Source: a virus. Taken from it: DNA of 64,000 nt. Both the position numbers and the translations under genes were made by a program. Location: IMG/VR virus record IMGVR_UViG_3300042878_002532, positions 49,294 to 113,293 of that record. One strand, given 5' to 3'. Of the stretch, positions 56,176-64,000 are shown piece by piece (the first letter of the stretch is position 1; every line of letters starts with the position of its first letter). Below the pieces are notes generated by a model. The model ran no database searches. It was not told the origin of the DNA and was given only the letters and a program-made list of their open reading frames with translations.

Positions 56176-57888
56176 ATGGCATCGTATAACTATAACAACA
56201 ATCAAGAAGGACAGGGCATGGGCTTTGTAAATTCTGCAGTAGAGAATAAAGGTCTTTTTAGTAGAATACTTAGAACTCTTTCAAACTACGGAATGAACTA
56301 TGACGATATGATAATTCGAAACCAAGTAGGTATTGGTATAAACGAAGATCCATATGCAGCCAAAGGAAACTCTATGTACGACTTCTTTTCACAAAGAGCT
56401 GTTGCATCGGTTTTAAATAGAAAGTCTATTCCTTACTTAGATAAGGCTTATGCTGACAAAAGAAGGATTCTTAGAGAATATTCTATCAAAGACGAAATTC
56501 GTGATATGATTAGTGCCGTTGCGGATGAATGTATCGTTTACAATGATGATAGAGACTTCTGTTCTCCTAGAGCAATATCAAACGATTATTCTCAAGAAAT
56601 AAAAGACAAATACCAAGAGTATTTTGAGAAAATCTATAATAAATATGGATTTTCAGATAGTATCACTGCTTGGAATATGATAAAAGACTTTCTTATTGAT
56701 GGTTATGTTGCAGTAGAGATTGTTTATGATGATAAAAAGAAGAATATCATTGCATTCAACAGACTTAGACCTGAAAGTTTAGTTCCTGCATATGAACCAA
56801 ATGTAGGACATTTATGGATTCAGTTTCCTGAAGATCCTCAGCTTAGAAGAATATTTTTGGATTCACAGATTGTATTCATTTCTTATTCTACACAAAATGA
56901 TTATTCAGAGACTTCTTATATTGAAGGACTTATTAAACCATATAACCAGTTAAAGATTCTTGAACAAACTAGAATCATGTTCAACGTAATCAATGCAACT
57001 ATTTATCAAAAGTTTACTATTCCAATTAAAGGTCTTTCTAGACAAAGAGCGGAAGAACAGATTGGTCAGTTGATACATGACTACTCTGAGGAAGTTGAAT
57101 GGGATGACACACTTGGTACACTTACCTTGAATGGATCTAAACATCTTCCTTATAACAAACAAGTTTGGTTTCCTGATGGTGATGCAGGTACTCCTAATAT
57201 GACATTAGAATCTCCACAAGGACATGACTTAAATGAAGAATCAATGCTTAAGTGGTTCCACCAGGCACTTAAAAGAGCTAGTAAAATTCCATTGACACGT
57301 TTCGAAGGAGAAGGTGGTGGTGGTAATCTAATATCAGATGCTGCTGAGATGACAAGAGATGAGATTAAGTTCCATAACTTTATATCTAGAATACGAGCAA
57401 ACTTTAAAGAACTTATAGTTAAACCACTTAAACTACAGATGCTTATCGAGTTTCCTGAGTTGAAAGAAGATGAGATTGTTCTTAATCAAATGGATATAAT
57501 CTTCTACACTAATCAAATATTTGAAGAGTGGAAAAAGATAAACAATTTGTCTAAAAAGGCGGAAGCACTTGGAACTCTTACTGCAGTAATGAATGGTGAG
57601 AAACCTTACTTCCATATCGAATGGTTGATGGATAATGTCTTCAAACTTACTCCTGAAGAGAAAGCGGAAAACCAAAAATACTGGGCAAAAGAGGCTGCTG
57701 GTGCCGGTGCTGGACCTGCGGGTGCTGCTGGTGCCGAAGGTGGTGCCCCTGCACAAGGTGGTGAAGGTGGTGAAGCTCCTGCTGAAGGTGGACAAGCAGC
57801 CGCTGAAGCTCCTGCACAGGGTGGACAAGCAGCTCCTGAAGCTCCTGCCGAAGGTGGTGCCGAAGGTGGTGCAGAATTTGAATTCTAA
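56176..57888 (+). CDS. Portal protein (T4 gp20-like)
   Basis: AVADECIV, FLIDG, IKPYNQLKILE, KIPLTRF and EMTRDEIKFHNFISR; acidic Gly/Ala/Pro tail. Confidence 0.92.
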   Translation: MASYNYNNNQEGQGMGFVNSAVENKGLFSRILRTLSNYGMNYDDMIIRNQVGIGINEDPYAAKGNSMYDFFSQRAVASVLNRKSIPYLDKAYADKRRILREYSIKDEIRDMISAVADECIVYNDDRDFCSPRAISNDYSQEIKDKYQEYFEKIYNKYGFSDSITAWNMIKDFLIDGYVAVEIVYDDKKKNIIAFNRLRPESLVPAYEPNVGHLWIQFPEDPQLRRIFLDSQIVFISYSTQNDYSETSYIEGLIKPYNQLKILEQTRIMFNVINATIYQKFTIPIKGLSRQRAEEQIGQLIHDYSEEVEWDDTLGTLTLNGSKHLPYNKQVWFPDGDAGTPNMTLESPQGHDLNEESMLKWFHQALKRASKIPLTRFEGEGGGGNLISDAAEMTRDEIKFHNFISRIRANFKELIVKPLKLQMLIEFPELKEDEIVLNQMDIIFYTNQIFEEWKKINNLSKKAEALGTLTAVMNGEKPYFHIEWLMDNVFKLTPEEKAENQKYWAKEAAGAGAGPAGAAGAEGGAPAQGGEGGEAPAEGGQAAAEAPAQGGQAAPEAPAEGGAEGGAEFEF

Positions 57889-57903
57889 AAACATATCAGA
57901 TAT

Positions 57904-57933
57904 AAAAAAAGCCACTCATTTGAGTGGCTTTTT
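57904..57933. terminator. CCACTC-family bidirectional terminator
   Basis: AAAAAAGCCACTCA-tt-TGAGTGGCTTTTT. Confidence 0.8.
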
Positions 57934-57936
57934 TAT

Positions 57937-58413
57937 TTATGCTGCTGTTTCATATGTGTCTACATAGAAGTAAACTACTTTATTATCTATTATATGCGGC
58001 CTTAAATCGACGGTCATTGAATTTTCCATAAGTTCTTTTACTACTTTACCCATAGGAGTTGACAAAACTTTACATCTTAAAGTTAGTTTTTCCACTTTGT
58101 TTTCTTTTAAAATAAAAGACATTGATTTTATTGTAAGTACACTCATTTGTAGTGAAAGAATATTTCCACTATTTCCAAGCTGAGCAAACATAGATATTGA
58201 TTCTATATCGAATTGTATTTTTTTACCAGATTCTAAAATACTTGTTAGTCTAATATCTCTTTTGAACGAAGTCCACTCTTTGTATCTAGACATCAAATCT
58301 TCAAATTGATCCAAAGTATTGTTTTGTAACAATACTTCGTAATCAAAATATTCTAGATTATCATCTGATTCAGAAGGATCTAAATGAGACCAATCTTTGA
58401 ATAACTGTCCCAT
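57937..58413 (-). CDS. Protein with a degenerate prohead-protease-like C-terminal segment
   Basis: CKVLSTPMGKVVKELME versus protease IRLLSTYWGKEAKSLVD; also carries KRDIRLTSILE. Confidence 0.55.
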   Translation of the reverse strand: MGQLFKDWSHLDPSESDDNLEYFDYEVLLQNNTLDQFEDLMSRYKEWTSFKRDIRLTSILESGKKIQFDIESISMFAQLGNSGNILSLQMSVLTIKSMSFILKENKVEKLTLRCKVLSTPMGKVVKELMENSMTVDLRPHIIDNKVVYFYVDTYETAA

Positions 58414-60296
58414 TAGAATCTCATGAAGTTTATCTGTTTCTTCTCTAAATCTACTGATTTAACAACCGCTTTAATAGGATCTCCCAATCTAATCTGTTCT
58501 CCAAACTCATTGTATGCTAAATATTTATCTACATCTGCAGTCCATTTCCCATTAAGAGTTTCTAATCTTATCAAACCTTCACATTTGTTTTCTGTAATCT
58601 CTACATAGATTCCTCTATCCATTACTCCGGTAACAATACCATCGAATACCTGACCGATTCGGTCCTGAAGATATTCAGCTTGTTTGTATTTGATAGAATC
58701 TCTTTGTGCTCTGGATGCCACAAGTTCTCTAGCAGAACACCATTTTGCTTGTTCTTCAATCTTTGTAGGATTTCCTTGCTTTCCAGTCGTTAGTTTATCA
58801 AATAATATTCTATGTGTTATTAAATCTGGATATCTTCTGATTGGAGAAGTAAAGTGTGAATAGTGTGTGAATCCTAATCCATAGTGTCCTATGTTCTTTA
58901 TAGTATATACTGCCTTCGACATTGATCTCGTAACCAAAGTCTCAATCATATTTTCTTCAGGAGATCCTTTTATCTCTTTTAAAAGGTGATTAAGGTTATT
59001 TTTCAGTACATCTCCTTCCTCATCTAACTCAAGCTTGTAACCAAAATTGGTACATATACTTTGAAGAGATGCTAGCTTGTCACCGTTTGGTTTGTCGTGT
59101 ACTCTATATACGTTGTGCCATTGGTCTTTTGCTAAAAGTTTGGCAACTGATTTGTTTGCCAATAACATATATTCTTCAATCAATTTGTTTGCATCTTTCT
59201 GTTCTTTGAAGTAGACTCCGATTGGTTTTTTGTCATCTTCTGCAAGTTTGAACTTTACTTCAATACCACCCATTTCGATAGATCCATTTTTTATTCTAGT
59301 TCTTCTGATTTTTTTAGCCAATGTGTCTAATTGTCTAATCTCTTTATGATAGTCTCCATCTAATCCTTCGATTATCTCTTGTGCTTCTTCGTATGCATAT
59401 CTTCTGTCAGAGTGTATTACAGTCTTTCCGTGCCAAGTATCTTTTATCTTTCCGTCTTTATCTAATGTAAATACTGTTGAAAATGCCAATCTATCCACAT
59501 TTGGTTTAAGTGAGCATATTCCATTAGAAAGTCTTTCGGGAAGCATAGGTACACATCTGTCTACTAAATAAACTGATGTTGCTCTTTTGAACGCTTCTTT
59601 ATCTAATTCTGTTCCAAACTTTACATAGTGTGCAACGTCTGCAATATGTACTCCTACTTTTATGTTATTAGGATCTCTCATATCTATTGAGATGGCATCA
59701 TCAAAATCTTTTGCGTCTACAGGATCTATTGTTATAGTAGTCACGTCACGCATATCCTTTCTTGATTTAATTTCTTTTTCGGATATTATCTCAGGAACAA
59801 GTTCTGCTTCGTTAAGTACTTCTTGTGGAAATTCAACAGGTAGTCCATATTCGTACATAATGGCATTCATTTCCGTATTGTTATCTCCAACAAATCCAAG
59901 TATCTTAGTAATCTTTCCTCTTGGTGATTTTTTGTCAAGATCCCAGTCTAAAAACTCTACTAACACTTTTTGTCCATTTTCAACATCCGACTTTCCTTTT
60001 ATGTAGAAGTCTACCGCCATTTTAGAACTATCGGGTACTACAAAGATTGTATCGTTTTTTACTTGAGCAGTTCCCACAAACTCTGTTTTAAATCTTGAAG
60101 TTGTTTCTAATACTTTACCTTCTAGTTTTTTTTGTCCTTGGAATATCTCTACTCGAGCAGTATCTAAGTGAAGTGCATTAGCAGTCTTCTTTTTATGTAT
60201 AAAGATTTCTTTACCATCTACTTTTATATTGGCGTTTCCTGACGTGGAGAATTCTACTTGCGTTTCGAATATGTCTCCTTCTTTAATTTTATTCAT
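58413..60296 (-). CDS. rnr: Ribonuclease R (RNB plus S1 domains)
   Basis: TIDPVDAKDFDDA, VHIADV, LIEEYMLLAN, HYGL and HFTSPIRRYPDL; C-terminal S1 domain. Confidence 0.95.
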   Translation of the reverse strand: MNKIKEGDIFETQVEFSTSGNANIKVDGKEIFIHKKKTANALHLDTARVEIFQGQKKLEGKVLETTSRFKTEFVGTAQVKNDTIFVVPDSSKMAVDFYIKGKSDVENGQKVLVEFLDWDLDKKSPRGKITKILGFVGDNNTEMNAIMYEYGLPVEFPQEVLNEAELVPEIISEKEIKSRKDMRDVTTITIDPVDAKDFDDAISIDMRDPNNIKVGVHIADVAHYVKFGTELDKEAFKRATSVYLVDRCVPMLPERLSNGICSLKPNVDRLAFSTVFTLDKDGKIKDTWHGKTVIHSDRRYAYEEAQEIIEGLDGDYHKEIRQLDTLAKKIRRTRIKNGSIEMGGIEVKFKLAEDDKKPIGVYFKEQKDANKLIEEYMLLANKSVAKLLAKDQWHNVYRVHDKPNGDKLASLQSICTNFGYKLELDEEGDVLKNNLNHLLKEIKGSPEENMIETLVTRSMSKAVYTIKNIGHYGLGFTHYSHFTSPIRRYPDLITHRILFDKLTTGKQGNPTKIEEQAKWCSARELVASRAQRDSIKYKQAEYLQDRIGQVFDGIVTGVMDRGIYVEITENKCEGLIRLETLNGKWTADVDKYLAYNEFGEQIRLGDPIKAVVKSVDLEKKQINFMRF

Positions 60297-60681
60297 TATC
60301 TTTTTTCTTTTTTGATATATTGTCGACTCCGTATTTTTCAATCAGAGTGTTTTTCATTTTTGACAATACTTTTTTATTCTGTATGGGATAGTCTACTCCG
60401 AAGTTTTTTCTTAGAGTTTCTTTTCGTTTGACCTCTGAGCATTTTCTACACGAATAGTCTCCCCAGTTTTTGTTGTCGTATTTTAAGTAGTTTTTGTAGA
60501 TGACTTCTTTTTCAGTGCCACATCCATCACATTTGCATTTTACTTTATAATGTGATCCGTTTGGTAGAAGTCCAACGGGAATGATTATTATCTCACCTAT
60601 TGAAATATCGTATCCTAAGTCCTCATAGTATTGGTAGTTGGACTCGTTTATTTTAATTTCAATTTCTCTTGTAAGTATCAT
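60289..60681 (-). CDS. Zinc-ribbon and 'YGV'-repeat protein resembling a homing-endonuclease N-terminal DNA-binding region with no nuclease domain
   Basis: KCKCDGCG...CRKC, FGVDYPIQN and KYGVDN. Confidence 0.55.
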   Translation of the reverse strand: MILTREIEIKINESNYQYYEDLGYDISIGEIIIIPVGLLPNGSHYKVKCKCDGCGTEKEVIYKNYLKYDNKNWGDYSCRKCSEVKRKETLRKNFGVDYPIQNKKVLSKMKNTLIEKYGVDNISKKKKDNE

Positions 60682-60878
60682 GTTTCTATTTTGGTGGATA
60701 TAAAAAATCCACCCATTCTTTTTATAAAAAAACATGATTTAGTTTTGTTAATGGTGATTTTTTTTTATAAAAAAATAAAAATAAGACACTTCTATAAAAA
60801 ATCCACCTTTATAATTTCTACGGTTTTGAAGGTTTATATATACTCTAATAATTATACAAAAAAAAACACAACTATTTC

Positions 60879-62981
60879 ATGAAACCAGTTCTAATTGTAG
60901 AAAATTCAACGAACTCTCTTATAAGAGAAAGTTCAAGCACTGGTAAGAAGGACTATATTTTGGGTGGTACATTCACTGAATTCGGCGTTAAAAACCGTAA
61001 TGAGAGAATCTACACTGCTGCAAAATTCCTTCCTGCTTTAGAGGAGATGAATGAAAGAATGAACAATCTTGGAATTGTCTACGGTGAATTTGATCATCCA
61101 GACGTTTTCGATACTTCACTTTCAAGAGCTTCTCACGTAATTACGAAAGCTAATTACGTAAAAGAATCAAACTTGGTAGAAGGTGAAATCAGATTATTAA
61201 GCACTTATTGGGGAAAAGAGGCAAAATCGTTAGTAGACGATGGTTGTCCTATTTTCGTTTCATCTAGGGCTGCAGGTATTACTGAATCTGATGGCACTGT
61301 ATCATTAAAAAAACTATTTACTTACGACATCGTTGCTGACCCAGGTTTTGCATCGGCTAAAATGAGTGTAAAGGTTCTTAATGAGTCACTTGGTTATGAC
61401 AACCCAAAATCTAACTTTAGGATATATGATTTATCCAACGAGTCAAAAACGGAAGAGTTATTTAATATGAACAACAACGAATTTGTTACTAAACAACAAC
61501 TAACTGACTACTCTCAGTATTTGGTTAAAGAGTTGGCATCAACTAAAAAAGAAGTTAAGACTGCCATTACTAAAGGGAATATGAACCCTAAAAAACTTGA
61601 GCAATTGCTTGAGTATTACGATGAATTGAACAACACTAATTCACAAGTAGCTAAATATTTAGATTACTTAGCTGAGAAAGTTCAAATTATGGTAAATGAA
61701 AACAAGTCTTTGAAAGAAACTACAGAGAAATTAATCAAACATAACGATTATTTAGCTGAAAATCTTGAAAAGGCTGTAAACTATTCTGAATACTTAGCAG
61801 AAAACTTAGATAAGAACATTGCTTATTCTGAATATGTTGCTGAAAACTTAGACAAAAACATTGCTTATTCTGAGTATGTTGCTGAAAACGTAGACAAAAA
61901 CATTTCTTACACAGAATATGTTGCTGAAAACTTAGACAAAAACATTGCTTACTCTGAATACTTAGCAGAAAACTTAGACAAAAACATTGCTTACTCTGAA
62001 TACATTGCTGAGAGCTTAGACAAATCTATTGCTTATGGTGAGTATATCGCAGAACACGTTGATAACTCTATTGCTTACTCTGAATACTTAGCAGAACACG
62101 TTGAAGGTAACATCGCTTACTCTGAATACATTGCTGAACATTTAGATGATAATATTGCTTACTCTGAATACATTGCTGAAAATTTAGACAAATCTATTAA
62201 CTACCAAGGATTAATCGTTGAGAAGTTAAACGGTGGTAAATTGAACGAATCAGAAGGAGCATTCCCATCATTAAATGCTGCAGGATTTGAAGATCTTGAA
62301 GATGAAAACGATGATGAAAATGAAAATGCATATGGATCTGAAGAAGAAGACGAAGATGAAAACGGAATCGCAGAAATGACTCCTAATCATGCATACGCAC
62401 ACGAAGATAATGAAGATGAGAATGAAGATGAGGATTGTGGCCCAGGTGTTACAGGAAACTCAGATTCAGAATTATCAGAATCTATTGATAAATTAATCGA
62501 AGAAGCTAAAAAACGTAAAGTTTCTGAGACATCAGATTTGAATTTCTTGAAATTCATGTCTAAATCACAAGTTGATAGCTACTATGCTTTAACTAACGAA
62601 GAACAAGAGACAGTAAAACTACACATAAACGAAAGTAGCTACTTCACACAAAAAGAAGTATTGTCTTTAATCTCTGAAGCGTTATCAACTAAAAACGAAT
62701 CTCTTGAAGAAAGAGTAATCAGAATGATGCCTGAGAACACAAAGGCTATCTGGAATCAGTTAAATGAGTCTGCAAAAAAATCTATCATTTCACAAGCTAG
62801 ATTATATCCTGCAGAAGTATTAATGACTGAAGGTCAAGTTGAACATTTTTGGGCAACAAGAAACCTAAAAAAGAATGAATCTGTATCTAAAAAACTTGTT
62901 TCTCACGAAGCTCTTATCCAAGAAGATAAGTTGTCTGATAATGACGTAACAGCTATTATGGAAAGATTCAAAAACATTTAA
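60879..62981 (+). CDS. Prohead protease (T4 gp21-like) fused to a scaffold/core domain
   Basis: NRNERIY, GEFDHP, VSSRAAG and TYDIVADPG; followed by a coiled coil, 14-aa repeats and an acidic linker. Confidence 0.88.
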   Translation: MKPVLIVENSTNSLIRESSSTGKKDYILGGTFTEFGVKNRNERIYTAAKFLPALEEMNERMNNLGIVYGEFDHPDVFDTSLSRASHVITKANYVKESNLVEGEIRLLSTYWGKEAKSLVDDGCPIFVSSRAAGITESDGTVSLKKLFTYDIVADPGFASAKMSVKVLNESLGYDNPKSNFRIYDLSNESKTEELFNMNNNEFVTKQQLTDYSQYLVKELASTKKEVKTAITKGNMNPKKLEQLLEYYDELNNTNSQVAKYLDYLAEKVQIMVNENKSLKETTEKLIKHNDYLAENLEKAVNYSEYLAENLDKNIAYSEYVAENLDKNIAYSEYVAENVDKNISYTEYVAENLDKNIAYSEYLAENLDKNIAYSEYIAESLDKSIAYGEYIAEHVDNSIAYSEYLAEHVEGNIAYSEYIAEHLDDNIAYSEYIAENLDKSINYQGLIVEKLNGGKLNESEGAFPSLNAAGFEDLEDENDDENENAYGSEEEDEDENGIAEMTPNHAYAHEDNEDENEDEDCGPGVTGNSDSELSESIDKLIEEAKKRKVSETSDLNFLKFMSKSQVDSYYALTNEEQETVKLHINESSYFTQKEVLSLISEALSTKNESLEERVIRMMPENTKAIWNQLNESAKKSIISQARLYPAEVLMTEGQVEHFWATRNLKKNESVSKKLVSHEALIQEDKLSDNDVTAIMERFKNI
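61750..62222 (+). repeat. Approximately 11 coding 42-bp repeats (NLDKNIAYSEY[LVI]AE)
   Basis: gaaaacttagacaaaaacattgcttactctgaatac units. Confidence 0.9.
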
Positions 62982-63066
62982 TCTATAAAAAATCCACACC
63001 TGTAAAAATAAGGTTTTTGGACGATATATATAGATTATTACAAAAAACAAAAAAATAAAAAAAATT

Positions 63067-64000
63067 ATGTCACACATTAGAATAGACAAAGCGAAAGCTA
63101 CAAAGAAATGGGCTCCTGTTCTTGAGAACATGGGAGTTACTGGTGATAGAGTTGAATGGATGGCGGAATACGCTGAGTTTCACTCAATCAACGAAAACGC
63201 ATACGTAAACGCATCTAACGTTGCTGGTATGGGTGGTGTATTTGCTGCACAACCAGGAAGTTATGCTGGACAAACAAACGGTGGTACTTTAGCTACTGCA
63301 GCTTCAGTTGGAACAATCGGTTCAGGTGATGTTGGTCAAAACTTATTGCCAGTTGCAATGAAAATTGCTGCTCAAACAATCGGTTTAGACTTAGTTGCTG
63401 TTAAACCAACTCCAGGTCCGAAAATCGATTTACTTTACATCGATTTCCAATATGATGATACTAGATTAGGTGCATCTGACGAAAGACCACAAGTTTTCAA
63501 ATTAAATGTTGGTGCATCTGCATCTGTATTTAATGCTGCAATCCAAACAGGTGTTGGTTCAACAATCGCACAAAATCAAGGTGGATTACAAAATGGTAGA
63601 TATTTCTACTCAATCAATGGTGCTGGTACTCAGTCATTAGGTAACCCAACAATCTTGAGCGGAAACGTTGCTGGTGCAACAGTTTCAACTACTGAGCCTT
63701 TACAAAAAACTGGTGTTGTTGAGTTCTTAGGATTCTCTAGAATTGATGGTTTCCCAATGTTCAGAGCGTTTAGACAAGCTAACACTGCACACACTGCAGT
63801 TGATCAAGCTAACCTTGCTTGGACATTAGATCCATCAAGAAACACATTTACTGCTACTGCATCTATGACTTCTAAAATCACTCACCTTGCTGGTCTTACT
63901 ATTGCATCTGGAACTGTGACTATTGAGTTAATCTCTGCATTAGAAGATCATATCCCAGGTTTCTCAACAAACTTTGGTGGTGTTCCTTCTGGATCTGCAC
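63067..64000 (+). CDS. Major capsid protein (T4 gp23-like), partial; not in the ORF track
   Basis: MSHIRIDKAKATKKWAPVLE...SINE...LLPVAMKIAAQTIGLDLVAVKPTPGP; immediately follows the protease/scaffold gene; strong codon bias. Confidence 0.88.
   Translation, partial: MSHIRIDKAKATKKWAPVLENMGVTGDRVEWMAEYAEFHSINENAYVNASNVAGMGGVFAAQPGSYAGQTNGGTLATAASVGTIGSGDVGQNLLPVAMKIAAQTIGLDLVAVKPTPGPKIDLLYIDFQYDDTRLGASDERPQVFKLNVGASASVFNAAIQTGVGSTIAQNQGGLQNGRYFYSINGAGTQSLGNPTILSGNVAGATVSTTEPLQKTGVVEFLGFSRIDGFPMFRAFRQANTAHTAVDQANLAWTLDPSRNTFTATASMTSKITHLAGLTIASGTVTIELISALEDHIPGFSTNFGGVPSGSA

Noticed and set aside
60289-60681. Active homing endonuclease or intron
   Set aside because: No HNH, GIY-YIG or PD-(D/E)xK domain, and the flanking genes are uninterrupted.
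61750-62222. 42-bp repeats as a CRISPR array
   Set aside because: They are contiguous in-frame coding repeats with synonymous variation and no unique spacers.
1-64000. Genome-wide stop-codon reassignment
   Set aside because: Conserved genes are full length under the standard bacterial code, and TAG/TGA codons occur at plausible gene ends.
1-64000. tRNA, rRNA or structured ncRNA genes
   Set aside because: Intergenic gaps are short and AT-rich, and no cloverleaf or T-loop signature was seen by eye; tRNAscan/Infernal were not run.

Overview
AT-rich, gene-dense segment of a large (jumbo-type) T4-superfamily-like myovirus. The host is most likely Bacteroidota (Flavobacterium-like): there are TAnnTTTG promoter elements, no Shine-Dalgarno sites, a Bacteroidota-type ClpS, a GSII glutamine synthetase and DUF6576-like motifs. 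The window holds a scrambled virion module on both strands: TerS, TerL, portal, a prohead protease-scaffold fusion, the start of the major capsid gene, tail sheath, tail tube, and gp15-, gp25-, gp26-, gp2- and gp4-like genes. Interspersed are a gp55-like late sigma factor, clamp loader, gp47 nuclease, a GH19 endolysin, and host-like genes (PPK2, class III nucleotidyl cyclase, glutamine synthetase, RNase R, ClpS, an isochorismatase-family hydrolase, HAD proteins, a nucleotidyltransferase). Main observations: (1) about 12 otherwise unrelated proteins, including PPK2, the cyclase and the cysteine hydrolase, share an N-terminal peptide resembling the T4 capsid-targeting sequence and mostly sit behind a late TATATA element, suggesting a virion-packaged enzyme cargo; (2) two small genes, one missing from the ORF track, encode separate fragments of the prohead-protease fold; (3) three promoter classes can be read directly from the intergenic DNA. 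All family calls come from recognising motifs by eye, with no database search.
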